Of a stretch of 64,000 nt of DNA, positions 1 to 13,836 are shown one piece after another. Location of the stretch: NCBI GenBank assembly GCA_951406725.2, contig OX597817.1:17546001-17610000 (forward strand), read 5' to 3'. Both the position numbers and the translations under genes were made by a program. Numbering within the stretch: the stretch's first letter is position 1; each line of letters opens with the position of its first letter. The DNA comes from Octopus vulgaris (lineage: Eukaryota). The notes under the pieces are model-generated. The model was given only the letters and a program-made list of their open reading frames with translations. It ran no database searches and was not told the DNA's origin.

Positions 1-1210
1 CTGCATGATGCCTGTGTACAAACAGCTATGCTACATGGCAGTGAAACATGGGCCGTGGCTACAGAAGACATATTGAAGCTTGAAAGAAATGAAGCCAGCA
101 TTCTCTGCTGGATGGAGAATGTCATTGTGCATGTATGATGGAGTGAAAATGATTTAAGAAAAAAATTGGGTTTAAGAAGCATCAGATATAGTGTGCAAAA
201 GAGAAGACTGTGCTGGTAAGGTCATGTGATGTATATGGATGAGGACAGCTACATAAGGAAGTGCTGATCTCTAATTGTGGAGGAAACGTGTGGAAGGACT
301 AGACACAGAAGATGTGGGATGAAGTGGTAACAAACGGTCTTCAGATGTTGAGTTTCACATAGATGACAAGAATCAAGACTTCTGGTGATTTGCTGGGCCT
401 GAGAAGACACATCAAGCTGAGTAAAATCGTGGTCATCCATACATACAGGTATGTCATTCATAGACACATCCTCCCCCTCACACATATACACACATAACCT
501 GTCCTCTGTCAAAACTCCTCCTCCCATCACTACCACCACCTGCTGCAGGCCCTCCCTTCCACTCTCCTTCATGCACCTCACTCACTGCAGGTCTCTCCAC
601 TCTCCCTTCCACTCTCCTTCATGCACCTCACTCACTGCAGGTCTCTCCACTCTCCCTTACATGCCTCTCCACACACTCTCCATGTCCTCACATATCTACC
701 ACACCTTCCTCCCAGCTGTTCTAATTTCTCTCACCATCACTTGTTACTGTCATGTCTTCCTCATCTCTAAACCTCAACCCTCACACTCTTAGGGAACATA
801 CCCCTCTATCTACTCTGCACTACTTATATTATCACTGTTCCCTGTGGGTAGGTCCCAATACATTTCCAGCATCATATATTTCTCTCTCCCTCACTCTGAC
901 TGCCTTTGTCCCTCTATCATACTTAAACCTCTCACCTGACATACAGCCACTTCCCTCAGCTGAGAGGTCTCTGTCTTGCAAGCTACTTGACAACTCCACT
1001 GGTGCTGGTGCCATGTAAAAAGCACCTGTGCTGGTGTCACGTAAAAAGAACCAGTGTTGGTGCCACATAAGAAGACCAGTAATGGTGCTGCGTAAAAAGC
1101 ACCAGTGCTGGTACCATGTAAAAACCACTCATTACACTCTGTAAAGTGGTTGACGTTAGGAAGGGCATCCAGCTATAGAAATCAAACCTAAACAGACAAT
1201 TGGAGTCTGG
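1..1210 (+). mobile_element. Decayed RTE-clade LINE 3' end (ORF C-terminus to about 420, then 3' UTR)
   Basis: Translates as DACVQTAMLHGSETW...LERNE...RRLCW*GHV, with stops. The UTR has GTGCTGGTGCCATGTAAAAAGCACC repeats and AGGAAGGGCATCCAGC. Confidence 0.85.
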
Positions 1211-1673
1211 AGACCTGTATTTGGATAACTAACTGTCTAGTCATGTTTACACAATGTATATACATCTATATTTGTATAATTATCTATCTAATTATGTTTA
1301 AATAATGTATGTACATCTGGGTTGGACACATCTATATCTATCAAGTAAAGTCTTATTTCAATATTAAATTAGTTGGGTTTTTTTAGCCACAGGTCTGTCA
1401 AAATCAAGTCAACCTTTGATCAAAAGTGTTCCACCATTTTTTTAACATAGTTCATCCAGGTCACATCCTTTAATACATCCTGTCTTTCTTAAAATGGTTG
1501 AGTATGATTTGAGGGAGATTTGGCTGATATTTCTAGCAGGTTGAATGATCATATAGATGTTTTGTCATTGACTCTTTTAAATCCAATGTATTTAACAATA
1601 GATTGTCACGCCTGTATAAGTTGTTAGAGTGACAGTCTACGAGTTGAAAAGGCATTATTATTATCATTATTAA

Positions 1674-2356
1674 CTAGCTGGCCCCGTGCTGTCAAAAATG
1701 ATGGCTAATTGTAGTATTTTATATAAATAAATTAGGGACACGTATAAACTGTTAAATTAAGATGTGTATTTTTAATATACCTTTCAACTGCAGTTGTTTT
1801 ATATTCGTGATACACTTAGGAAATAATTACTTTCCCTAATGAGTTTGTATATGTATATGTTTGTGTAGGTGTGTGTGATTGTAATAATTATTTTTAAGAA
1901 AACTGATAGAATATGGATGGTAAATCAAATTGATACACTTGTCAATGTTATCTAGTGGTTGTCTTTTGAGATGTGACATCCATCATTGTTTGTAACTGAA
2001 AGAACACTGGTTCACACATACAAACATTCACATACTTCCCTTGTACACACGCACACATATACTCACACAGAGTTGAAATGCTGTTTGATTTTTCTTTCCA
2101 GTGTTGAATGTTCATTATCCCACTTCCATTGCACATACATACACACAGACAAACATTCATATGCCTCCCTTTTACATATACACACATATACTCACAGAGT
2201 TGAAACGTTGTTTGATTTTTTTTCACCATAGATTTTCCATCATTCCACTACCAGTTTGCCACCACCCCTTCCTTTCTTCCTTATTCATCTATCACCCCTT
2301 CCTTTCTCATTCATATGTTGTGATGGAGAAACACACAAGATTATTATTACAGTAGA
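1674..2356 (-). mobile_element. Non-autonomous Helitron
   Basis: Minus strand reads A|TCTACT...CTAG|T with a degenerate subterminal hairpin and an internal duplication of about 130 bp. Confidence 0.65.
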
Positions 2357-5300
2357 TAACCAAAACATTTCCTAAGTTTGTATCCTGTTACTGTTTCCTA
2401 AATTTTAGAGAGGAATAAAACAATTTAAACCATGTTTTAACATATTAAACTTATGGAAGTTATAGCATATTATGGAAATCATTTTGTGGGTAATTTAAAG
2501 AAGGTGATGTGTGTAAATATTGAACTTAATGACTGAGTAAAGTGATGCAGAGGCTGAATATGAAGATCAGTGACTAAGGTACGAAGTGCTGTAGTTCACT
2601 AGAGTGGCTCGCATTAAAAGTAATGTGGCTGAGGTAAGAACATTTGCTGATTAGTTGTTGCTACTAGACTACAAGTGAAAAAGGTTGTTAATTACAATCC
2701 TACCATCTTTGTATTACCTCTACATGCTGCAGTCATCTTGGCTGAAAATAGATACCAGTCCCACAAAATTGTTGAGCAATTCACATTATCATAGGGGAGG
2801 GAAAGTCTGGATATAGTACAATTCATGAAAATACATGCATTTGCAGAAACATTGAAAGCCATGTTATCATGGAAAGAAATAGAAATGTACAGTAGTTAAA
2901 TTGAATTAATGAAAGAAGAAAAATAAATAAAAAGCAACAATCATAAGCATAAAATAAGGAAATGAAAGAAGGAAAGAAAAGTGGCAAAAGAAATGAAACC
3001 AAGACATTAAATAGCAGGAAGAAAGCTTTTAATTCAAAGTTTAGAATTAGATTAGCTTGACAACAGGTTAAAAGTGGTGGGTATTTTCATAACTGGGGAA
3101 ATGAATACAAACAGGAAACAGGGGTTAATTGCAAGGGACAAGCAATAAATAAATAAAAGAAATAAAGAACTTAAAAACATTAGCCATAGTTGATTCAATG
3201 GTGAAAGACAAAGTAGATAAAATATGATTGGTCAATCGCTTTTAGTTTAATTTAGTTAAAAATTATATAAATTATTAAATATATACTCTGATGTGTATCA
3301 AACAAGATTTATGTTGTTTTTTTTTTGTTTTGTTATATAAGTAACATGTTTAATATTATAATCTGCTTTCATATGAAAATGTTTTATATTTTTTCCTATT
3401 TACATATCTTCATGTGAAATTAAATATTGCTTTCTGACTTTAACACAGCCAAACATTGGTAGGAAATGAGGGATAGTAACTGAACTGATCTCCAGCACCG
3501 ATTTTATCAACTCTGGATAGATGAAAAGCAAAGTTGACTCTGGCTGGGCTTGAACTCAGAATGTAAAACAATTGTAACTAAATTTTGCCCAGCATTTTCT
3601 ATGACACTCTGCCATCCACCAGCCTTTGTAATATTGGGTTCAAATTTTTGCACAATGACAGCAATTTCAGGTGAGGGGCTAAGTCGATTAGATTGATTCC
3701 AGTGTTCAACATGGAAGGTTGTGATATGAAGGAAATTTGACTACTATTCCTAGCATTTAAAGAGACTGCATAAAGCAGTCATCGTTAACCTGCAAGATTT
3801 TCTGAATGGCACACCTAAGGTAAAATTACCTTGAATTTTTTAACTAGTGCAGCCTGCCTGATGATGAGTTGCCTGTACATAGAATAGAGGTTCTCTTATT
3901 GGCTAGATGGAATAGGTTTTATCTTACAGGTTTACCACTGCTTCACTGGATTCAGTTAAATTCCAAGACAATGCAGTTATTTTTTCTGTCTAGTATTTAG
4001 TGTAATACAAATATTTTTCTAAATCATAATACATGACAGAATTTCTCTAGTTCTGAGCAAGGTATATGTTGATATTTTGTTGTGTCTCTGGATAGGCCAC
4101 TTGTACATGTATCAGTTTATGCAAACATTTCAAAGAGAAAGTTACCTATGCCAGACTACTGTTCTGTTCAGTAGGACCTATGTGTCTCATCCACAGAATT
4201 AAAACTCAATAGATACTGGAATTAAGTATCAAACAAACCTTTGAATAACTCCAAATCATAAAAGGATCTAAGATTTTGACATTTTTTTTACTCTAGAAAG
4301 CAGAGAATTTGATGTCAGAATTCATTTGTAGATTTTTAAAAAATCTTTTATGAACAACAAAAATTAATCTTTTTACTGCAGAAAGCAGATATTTTCCACT
4401 CAAAATTTCATTACTCTTAACTGTTCAGGAATGTGATGTTTGGAACTATTTTCTGTTGAGATACATTATGTTTATCAAGGCCACATGACTTGCAGAAAAT
4501 ACCAACTCTATTTTTGGTAGTTAAAATATCTACCAAAAATAGCATTATTACTGAAATAACCATGAAATTTAATTTCACGGTGAAAGTGTTAAAATTCACA
4601 CTTTCTTCTAATGCCAAATAATTGCATTAAAACATTAATAAAATTTAGTCTGTCTGTTTCAACTAAATTCATAGATAAAATATTTGTCAACCAATTTTAG
4701 TGGAATTGTTAAAATATTTAAAACAAGTGACAAAATATTTTGAGTAACACTCCACTTACAAAAATAATTTATCATTCTTGAAATATAATATATATTTTAT
4801 ATATAAAAATATTGTTTTGGAGAAATAAAAATATTTTGATAAAAATATATTCCTATTTTTATAAAATAAACTGAATGAATAAAGTTTTCTTATGTGCATC
4901 TGATATTTTGTTGTGGAATAAAAAATGGAAATGAACTAATAATCATTAATTAAAAGCAGTTAGTTCAAGGATTTAAACTAGAAAATTTTTAAGATACTTC
5001 TGTACAAGGAACAATCAAATAGACACATATATGGATATATGTTAGCTTTTTCATTGATAACAGCATTTGTGAAAGAAATTGTTGTTTTTTTTTGGGGAGG
5101 GGGGTTGAAGCTTGAATAAACAAAAGCAATGTATCATAATAATTCGATTAATTTCCATCGTTATGCTTCTACCTATTTTCTATTAGCATCATCATGGTCA
5201 ACTTTTGTTTGCTAGATCAAACTTGCTAAGGAACCAGCTCTTTCAAACAATGCCTAAACTACATTGTATATAGCAAATATATCTTTGACATTGCAGATTC

Positions 5301-5725
5301 TAGCATTATATCCAATGCTTAGTCAGGCATCCAGTTAATCATGAACTTATCAGCAAAACAGCCAGATGTAAGCTTGGCAGCATTCTTCTCACATTAACAC
5401 TTGACTTCCTAGAATATGACTCTCAAACATTCTGTCTGAATATTTTTTATCCATTTTTTTTTATATCTGTATTTCAAATACAGATATTTGAACAAACAGA
5501 CATTCAAACAACATTCTAATTTAGCCTTAACTTTTTATACATTAGACTAAACAAGACGTTAGCCAATTCTTCAATTAATTTTGAATAAACATCATGTAAT
5601 TTATAAAAGCATAATTTCAAAATGTATGCAGTAATTTTCATATCAACTTTTGGAATGAATTCATATATATATATATATATATATATATTTGCATAATCCA
5701 TTAATAGCGAAACAATTGTCTAGAA

Positions 5726-5867
5726 TTAATCTACATTTTTGTTATTTTTCATTTGTCCTGCTCGTTTACGTTCATAGTTGTGCTGATTCTCCTTGGAAAC
5801 AATTCTTGGTGGTTGAGACCATAGCAGATCTATTTTTAGCACAAGAGTCGACCACATAGTGGACACT
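5726..5867 (-). CDS. STK11IP: Doubtful STK11IP-like exon 15 carrying the second CxxC (ECPLCG...), apparently frameshifted
   Basis: CPLCG followed by STLVLKIDL in a shifted frame recalls human CPNCGSDHVVLL. The acceptor is weak and sits next to a (TA)n tract. Confidence 0.45.
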
Positions 5868-6996
5868 CTCTTATATTGAGTATATATATATATATATATA
5901 TATATTATACACACAAATACACCAAACTGTCACAATTTTGGAAAATAATATTACATGTCAAAGTATTTTGTAATTGGCTTTAAAATGTTTTTCTAAGAGC
6001 TATTGGAACGATCTGTATTTCCATAAGCCAATGAAACTTGCGATTTCCTAAAAGAATTCCATTTGCTTAACAAATGTGAAATGTCTAACTGATGTCCATA
6101 ATATGAATTTCATAAGTATCACACTTATTGCCAAAAAAAAAAAATCAACAAAAGTTGAATCTTCAATTTCTCCTTTTCTCACACACATACATACATATTT
6201 GATACAATTATCAAAAACAAGACTAAAAAAGGAAGGTGTGAAAAATGTGCAGTGAAGAAGGAGAAATGGAGGAAAAAAAAGAAATAAGGCAAAAGCAAAA
6301 GAGAGGGAAATGGCAAGCAGCAGCAACCAGTGGTGGGATTGAGAGTGAAACAAAGGATGCAGTGAGAGAGATGCTCCATACCAAGTGCATAAATGAAAAG
6401 GAAGGTTGCAGAGCAACCAACTCACTTGGAAAATAAACCTAAAAATGACTGTTTCACAGTTGAGGAAAAGGATTCTTGTGGTGTGTTATTGCTGGGCATT
6501 ACTGACGGTGGAGATTCCTGTTGAACCACATTTTTACTTCCACATTTCTGACATTCATCTACTGATTCAGCTAGAAAGAGATAACATTCCGGTTATTTAT
6601 ACTTTTATAGAGTGTAAAACAAAATTGTTAGGACATTCACATAACAACAATTCAACAAGTGTCAAAGAAAAGCAATAAAAGCTTTCTTGATGTGAAATAA
6701 TTGTTTCTAATAAGGGTATAAGGACAACAATTTGTGGTGCTGCGAGATAGATAGTTGATACCATGAACCCAGTATTTGAATGATAATTTATTTTATCAAC
6801 TCCAAAAGCAAACCTCAGTGGGATCTGAACATAAAGTATCAGAACAAATACTGAAAATCAATTTTGTAATACTCTAAGAATTCTCACAGCTTGTTGTCTT
6901 CTCATAATTCTAAATAAAGAACAAAAATAAATTTATTCAATAACTTTTCTTAAAAGAAGGGGATTTAAAATTCTCATTTTGTAACTAAGACTAAAA

Positions 6997-7399
6997 TCTA
7001 TATATATATATATATATATATAAAGCTGAAGTTGTCTGTGTGTGGCAGCTTTGGTAGCCTTCAACTAATACTATCTCCTCTGAGACCCTGCGGTGCAAGT
7101 TGACCAAAATTGAGAGTATGATAGAAGAAGGCTTGCTCTTCATTCCGTAGAAGATAAAATTCAAATCGGACCATGTTAAGACCAAAAATTATTTACATCA
7201 AAAAGGTGCTCTTTTCTATGAAAATCCCTATTTTTTACGATCTTTTTACTGCTGTGTTGCCATTTTTCAGTGTATTTCAACCAGAAAAACATTCACTTAA
7301 AGAGAATAACAAGCTACATAATGCAAAATTTTTACTTTTGAAAATTTCCAATTCTAAAGGGTCGAAACAAACCCGAGCAATGCCGGGCGATACTGCTAG
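6997..7399 (+). mobile_element. Non-autonomous Helitron
   Basis: A|TC 5' end, CCCGAGCAATGCCGGG hairpin, CTAG|T 3' end, no TSD. Confidence 0.85.
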
Positions 7400-8121
7400 T
7401 ATTGAATAAAGTTACTCCATATCTCTCTGTTTAGTACTGCTGGGGTTTCATCATTTACCATTACAAAAGATCCAAATATCAAGGTTTTATTACACATGGA
7501 AGACCAAACAGAAAGGTTTGATCCAGATTTATTATACAATGAAGAAGTACTACCTTTCCCAGACACACATATAATCAATCAAACAAGAGTTGAAGGTTTG
7601 ATCCGCATATATTTTAAAAAACCATTACCTATACAAGAAATAAAGAACTACCAACTTTTTCTATGGCAGTATACTCAACTTCTCTCTCTCTCTCTCTTAC
7701 ATACACACATGCATATCTACATACATTATCATAGTACGTAAATATGTGTGTGGGTTGTTTGGGCCACATATACATTAAAGAAACATTACTTATCACATAT
7801 ATAATGAACTTTGGTTACTCATATTGTGACAGTATTACATAATCATGTTTGTACACTCAAGATACAATAAACAATACACAAACAGAAAATTCACTATTAA
7901 TTATATCGGTCTTACTACAACTCTCTACATACCATTACAGGTGTACGTTTTATCTTAAGTAACCAAACATACAAAAGGCAGACACTAACAGAGGTTGCAA
8001 ATTCTTTCTGGTATTCTCTTCAGTTCACACAACCTTAAACACGTGACTTATTATCTGCACTGTTCTATTTTCTGTAATTATGTCTGCATGTATGTATATT
8101 GCATATGTGTGTGTGTGTATA

Positions 8122-8293
8122 CAGGGCCATCTTAGCAACATTATAGGCCCCCAAGTAAATCAAAATCATGGAACCCTTTAGTATTTATTTATTGACAGCA
8201 AGCTACAGCAGCATACCTAGATCAGATTTGAGTCCCTAGACTCATGAGGCCCATGGGCAATACCCCATGCACCCATGCCTTTAGACAGCACTC
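8122..8293. mobile_element. Old hAT-like MITE
   Basis: Degenerate TIRs CAGGGCCATCT / AGACAGCACTC and a degenerate 8-bp TSD. Confidence 0.5.
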
Positions 8294-8597
8294 AGTGTAT
8301 GTGTGTGTGCATGTGTGCAAGAATAATATTTAACCTTTGTGAAAGCTCTTGAAGTAGGAGTAAGTTCTTAAACCAAGAAAGGCTATGGAGCAATTTCTAT
8401 TCTAAACTGAAGCAATTTCACAATTTTTATGCTTGCTAAAAGCACTGAAAAATGCATGAATATTACCAGCTCCCAATGGACAATATAGGCCATTTGTACC
8501 TACTCAAAAAAGCAAACAAGATTTAACAAGAATACAATTGTTGGTTTTACCAATTGAATTACTGGTTTCTTTTCCTAGACACAGGTAACTTATATTA

Positions 8598-8852
8598 TCA
8601 TCATCGTTCAACATCTGCTCTCCATGCTAGCATGGGTTGGACGGTTCGACCGGGGATCTGAGAAGCCAGAAGGCTGCACCAGGCTCTGGTCCTATCTGGC
8701 AATGTTTCAACAGCTGGATGCCCTTCCTAACGCCAACCACTCCGTGAGTGTAGTGGGTGCTTTTTACGTGCCACCTGCACTGGTGCCAGGCGAGGCTGGC
8801 ATCGGCCACGGTCGGATTGGTGCATTTTACGTGCCACCTGCACAGAAGCCAG
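8598..8852 (-). mobile_element. RTE 3' UTR fragment, (GAT)n-tailed family D
   Basis: Same sequence as the UTR attached to the RTE ORF at 33496-34516. Confidence 0.85.
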
Positions 8853-8983
8853 TCGATTTTTGACTGTTATGCTTTTTTTACAGGACACTAGTGGCATAAG
8901 TTAAGAGAATCTTGTTCACACCAACGATTAATCTTAAAACATTTGAAACTGAAATTGAAGATCATTGAAGGAAACCGACTAAC

Positions 8984-9038
8984 CTTCTCGTCTTGATGAA
9001 CCGATTTCTTTTGAAAATTCATGTGAGCATTTCAGACA
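8984..9038 (-). CDS. STK11IP: STK11IP-like exon 14 (CLKCSHEFSKEIGSSRRE), first CxxC
   Basis: 55 nt, TTTTCTAG/GTTAG. Human equivalent is CLRCGHEF. Confidence 0.85.
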
Positions 9039-9202
9039 CTAGAAAATAGATAAGAAATTAATTGAAATTACACAGAAAAAAGGAAAAAAATTACAAGTCA
9101 ATTATAATATTTATATATTAGTAAGCAATAAAAATATTGCAATATTGCCATAACTTGTGAAATCTCAAAACAGTTTTTATTATTGTTTATTATTCAGTTA
9201 GT

Positions 9203-9545
9203 GAAGGCACATGGCTCAGTAGTTAGAGTGTCAGGCTCATAATCATGAGGTAGTGAATTCAGTTCCTAGACTAGGTTGTGTGTTATGTTCTTGAGCAAGA
9301 CACTTTATTTCATGCTGTTACAGTTCACTCAGCTGTGGAAATGAGTTGTGACATCACTGGTGCCAAGCTGTACTGGCCTCTACCTTATTCCTGAATAACA
9401 CTGGTGGCACGGAGAAGGGAGGCCGGTATACATGGGTGACTGCTAATCTTCCATAAATGACCTTGCCAAGACTTGTACCTTGGAGGGGAACTTTATGGGT
9501 GCAATCCCATGGACATTCATGACCGAAGGGGGTCTTTACCCTTTA
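9203..9545 (+). mobile_element. tRNA-derived SINE, family C
   Basis: A box TGGCTCAGTAG, a B-box-like motif and the central GTGTTCTTGAGCAAG. Other copies at 45292 and 61204. Confidence 0.8.
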
Positions 9546-10476
9546 TTATTTAGTTAACTTATATGTTTCATCCTCCTCATCATCATCGTTTAACGTCCAC
9601 CTTCCATGCTGGTATGGGTTGGACGGTTTGACTGAGGACTGGTGAGCCAGATGGCTGCACCAGGCTTTAATCTGATCTGGCAGAGTTTTTACAGCTGGAT
9701 GCCCTTCCTAACACCAATCACTCTGACAGTGTAGTGGGCGCTTTTACGTGCCACCAGCACGAGGAACATTTTCTTATAATTGTTTCTGGTGAAAGATATA
9801 TTTGGGTAGTATCCAGAAAATCCCTAGTCCGGTTATAAATCACAGCTAACCAAGTTGAAAGAATGTCAGATGAGCAAACCAGGGGTTAACGGCTCTGTCA
9901 ACAGTATATATCTCTCTGGTTCTATTTTTCCAACTGTAAGTAGGCATCATGAGGTAGTTAAAGTTTGCTACTGAAATAGTAGCACTACTCCATGACATTC
10001 ATCATAATTTTACATCTTATTGTCAGAGAAAGATACAGCTACCTTTTTAATTAAGCTGGAGGTTATATTTTGGTAGGCAAGAGAATAATCGAGCAAATCA
10101 ACAGGATTAAAAAGTGAAACACAAAGTTGAACATGAGGGAATTTGATCCCAAAAAGCAGAACAAAATTAAATCCTGCACAAAACCATTATTTCTGCTACT
10201 CTTTCTATTGCATTATTGTTCAGATAACAACAACAACAACTGCAAAAGATAAGTCAACAAAGGACACTTGAAACAGCAGTCAAATCTACTTCAAACCGCA
10301 CCTTATCATCTTAGATAAAGTATATTGTCCAATGTACTATATTTTTAAATCAACCTGTGTAAAACTGCCACTGGTTCTATGGTGCAAATATCTTGATTTA
10401 AAACCGTTCATTGAAACTTCATATTAATTTATATCCCAAACACTAGCTTAATAATAACAATAATAATAATAATAAT

Positions 10477-10728
10477 CATCATCATCATCATCGTTTAACG
10501 TCCGCTTTCCATGCTAGCATGGGTTGGACGGTTCAACTGGGGTCTGGGAAGCCAGAAGGCTGCACCAGGCTCCAGTCTGATCTGGCAGTGTTTCTACAGC
10601 TGGATGCCCTTCATAACGCCAACCATTCCATGAGTGTAGTGGGTGCTTTTTACATACCACCAGCACAGGTGCCAGACGAGGCTGGCAAACGGCCACGATC
10701 GGATGGTGCTTTTTACGTGCCACTGGCA
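10477..10728 (-). mobile_element. RTE 3' UTR fragment, family D, embedded in an (AAT)n tract
   Basis: CATCATCGTTTAACGTCCGCTTTCCATGCTAGC terminus. Confidence 0.85.
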
Positions 10729-11038
10729 CTAATAATAATAATAATAACAATAATAATAACAATAATAATAAATAATAATTATAATAATAATAATAAATAA
10801 TAATAATAATAATAATAGTTATTTCACTAAATTCTTCATTATATTCAAAATTAACAGGAACAAAGACAGCGTATTTTAGCAGAAATATACTAACATAAGA
10901 GTTAGTATACAAAAAGACAAAACACTTTTGATAATAAGCCAACATGTTCAAGGTTAACCTAGTGATAAACAATAACAAGGACAAAAACATGAGCAACAAA
11001 CAATATTAATGATAACAGTTCACATTTTCTACACTTAC

Positions 11039-11116
11039 CAAAAAATGTAAAAATTCCTTGACATTGGCTTTTGCAGCTTGAGCCTCCAAATAAGGTTGTA
11101 AAAGACGACCAAGCTC
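11039..11116 (-). CDS. STK11IP: STK11IP-like exon 13 (ELGRLLQPYLEAQAAKANVKEFLHFL)
   Basis: 78 nt, phase 0-0, TTTAG/GTAAG. Human equivalent is ELLAVLTPV. Confidence 0.8.
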
Positions 11117-11173
11117 CTAAAATTTAAAATATGGTGAAATTTTAAATATCATTTGGGTTTTCTGAAGGAAAAC

Positions 11174-11204
<31 letters not shown>

Positions 11205-11521
11205 ATTTTTACTTGTGTATCTTATCTTTAATTTCTTTCAGTCATTTGACTGCGGCCATGCTGGGGCACTGCCTTGAAGAGTTTTAGTCAAACAAATCAA
11301 TCACAGGACAAATTTTTTTTATTATTCTCTCGGTCTCTTTTGCTGAGTCGTTAAGTTATGGGAACATAAACACACCAACACCGGTTATCAAGCAGTGGGG
11401 GTGGGACAAATACAAAGACACACAGACATAAATAAATAAATACATATATATATATATATATCTTTATCTCTATCTTTATCTAGTTTCAGCTCACGAGCTG
11501 TGGCCATGCTGGGGCACTGCC

Positions 11522-11566
<45 letters not shown>

Positions 11567-12211
11567 TCATAATTTAACATCCGTTGTCCATACTGGGATG
11601 GACTGGATGGTTTGACCAGAGCTGGCAAGCCAAGGGCTGCACCAGACTCCAGTCTGATTTGGCATGGTTTCTACAGCTTGATGCCCTTCCTAACATGCCA
11701 ACCACTCTACAGAATGTGCTGGGTGCTTTCATGTGGCACTGCATGGGTGCTTTTACAAGACACTTCCACAAGCATTTTTCACTAGCAGAAGGACCAGTCT
11801 TAACACTTCTGCTGTGGAGTACAGGTCTTCTTATATACACAATGGGCTTTTTTCAGTTTCTCTCTACCACATGCATTCACAAGGTTTTGGTTAGTGCAAG
11901 AACTATAGTAGAAGACACTGAACCAAGACTGATGGGGTGGGGAAGCAAGCTTCTTATCACATAGCACCTTATAGATGACAAGAGAAATTTAGTACAAAAC
12001 ATCAGGATAAAAATTAGGGGTTAACATAATTGAGTGCAAAAAAATCACAAATTACAAGGCAGAGAATAAAGCACATATTGTGGATAGTCCTTGACAAAAA
12101 CAGAGCATCAAAGACTCTTTATAGTTCTTGTAACTGAAAAAAGGACACAGCAGCAGAAGAAATACTTTATAAATTTTTAAAAAAATGAAAATTCATTGAT
12201 TTACAGGGTGA

Positions 12212-12417
12212 TTTACTCTTTTACTTGTTTCAGTCATTTGACTGCGGCCATGCTGGAGCACCGCCTTTAATCGAGCAACTCGACCCCGGGACTTATTCTT
12301 TTGTAAGCCCAGTACTTATTCTATCGGTCTCTTTTGCCGAACCACTAAGTAACGGGGACATAAACACACCAGCATTGGTTGTCATTGGGACAAACACAGA
12401 CACACAAAAAACACACA

Positions 12418-12455
<38 letters not shown>

Positions 12456-12622
12456 TACGACGGGCTTCTTTTCAGTTTCCGTCTACCAAATCCACTCACA
12501 AGACTTTGGTTGTCCCGAGGCAATAGTAGAAGACACTTGCCCAAGGTGCCACGCAGTGGGACTGAACCCGGAACCATGTGGTTGGTAAACAAGCTACTTA
12601 CCACACAGCCACTCCTGCGCCT
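12212..12622 (-). mobile_element. tRNA-derived SINE, family A (CORE-like middle, internal microsatellite, AAAAGAGT tail)
   Basis: A box TGGCTGTGTGG, B box GGTTCAGTCCC and CCTTGGGCAAG. More than 12 copies in the window. Confidence 0.88.
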
Positions 12623-12799
12623 GTTTACTGCGCCTGCGATTGTTTACTGAAGTCAGATACCAAAATTTATTTGTAAATTAATGAGTATGCAACAAATATT
12701 ACATGCTTCAATAAACAAAGAGGAATTAATAATTTCCCTTATGAAGCGGAACACTATGTTTCTTGTGCTATATTTATAGTTTTCATTATTTATGTTTAC

Positions 12800-13044
12800 A
12801 AGGTGGTGAGCTGGCAGAAACGTTAGCACGCCGGGCAAAACACTCAGCAGTATTTCATCTACCGTCATGTTCTAAGTTCAAATTCTGCCGAGGTCGACTC
12901 TGCCTGTCATCCTTTCAGGGTCGATTAAATAAGTACCAGTTATGCACTGGGGATGGGGTGGGGGCGATGTAATCGATTGAATCCCTTTGTCTGTCCTTGT
13001 TTTTCCCCTCTATGTTTAGCCCCCCTGTGGGTAATAGAGAAATA
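12800..13044 (+). mobile_element. tRNA-derived SINE, family B
   Basis: GAGCTGGCAGAA...GTTCAAATTC head and TSD ATTATTTATGTTTAC. Confidence 0.88.
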
Positions 13045-13249
13045 AATTATTTATGTTTACTGAAAATTTTAAGGATGCCATCAGGAATTAATTATTGAAA
13101 CTGATTGCAAGATTGCATGAATCTCATGAACATTATTTTGTGACAGCCAGCACCACTGTACTGCTGTAGTAACCTAGAGTACAGTAGCAGCTGATATGAT
13201 TCCACCAATGAGGTAGCTAATCATACTTCATTGTTATAGAAACTAACAG

Positions 13250-13667
13250 TAGGCACAGGAGTGGCTGTGTGGTAAGTAGCTTGTTTACCAACTACATGGT
13301 TCCGGGTTCAGTCCCACTGCATGGCACCTTGGGCAAGTGTCTTCTACTATAGCCTCGGGCCAACCAAAGCCTTGTGAGTGGATTTGGTAGACGGAAACTG
13401 AAAGAAGCCCGTCGTATATATGTATATATATATGTGTATGTGTGTGTGTATATGTTTGTGCGTCTGTATTTGTCCCATCCAACATCGCTTGATAACCGAT
13501 GCTGGTGTGTTTATGTCCCCGTTACTTAGCGGTTCGGCAAAAGAGACCGATAGAATAAGTACTGGGCTTACAAAGAATAAGTCCCGGGGTCGAGTTGCTC
13601 GATTAAAGGCGGTGCTCCAGCATGGCCGCAGTCAAATGACTGAAACAAGTAAAGGAGTAAAGGAGTA
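13250..13667 (+). mobile_element. SINE family A
   Basis: Full-length copy, inverted relative to 12212-12622. Confidence 0.88.
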
Positions 13668-13836
13668 GAATTAAGCTAACCAAGAGATTTAATTACACTG
13701 CTAGCCAAGTAGTGTAATTAATTCCAAATTAATGGAATTCATGCTAAATTTTCCCCAATCTCAATGACTTTCACAGAATGAAAAAAATTATTAATTAAAG
13801 TAATAATTAAAGTAAATTAAAGTAAGAGTTTGTTAC

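Noticed and set aside
3857-3870. Isolated CTGATGA (also at about 20649)
   Set aside because: No downstream stem II, GAAA or UH, so it is not a hammerhead. No box C/D pairing was seen either.
7496-7741. Plus-strand ORF MEDQTERFDPDLLY...
   Set aside because: No recognisable homology or supporting exon chain, and it runs into a microsatellite.
10514-10999. 161-aa hydrophobic ORF
   Set aside because: Made of (AAT)n plus a family D repeat.
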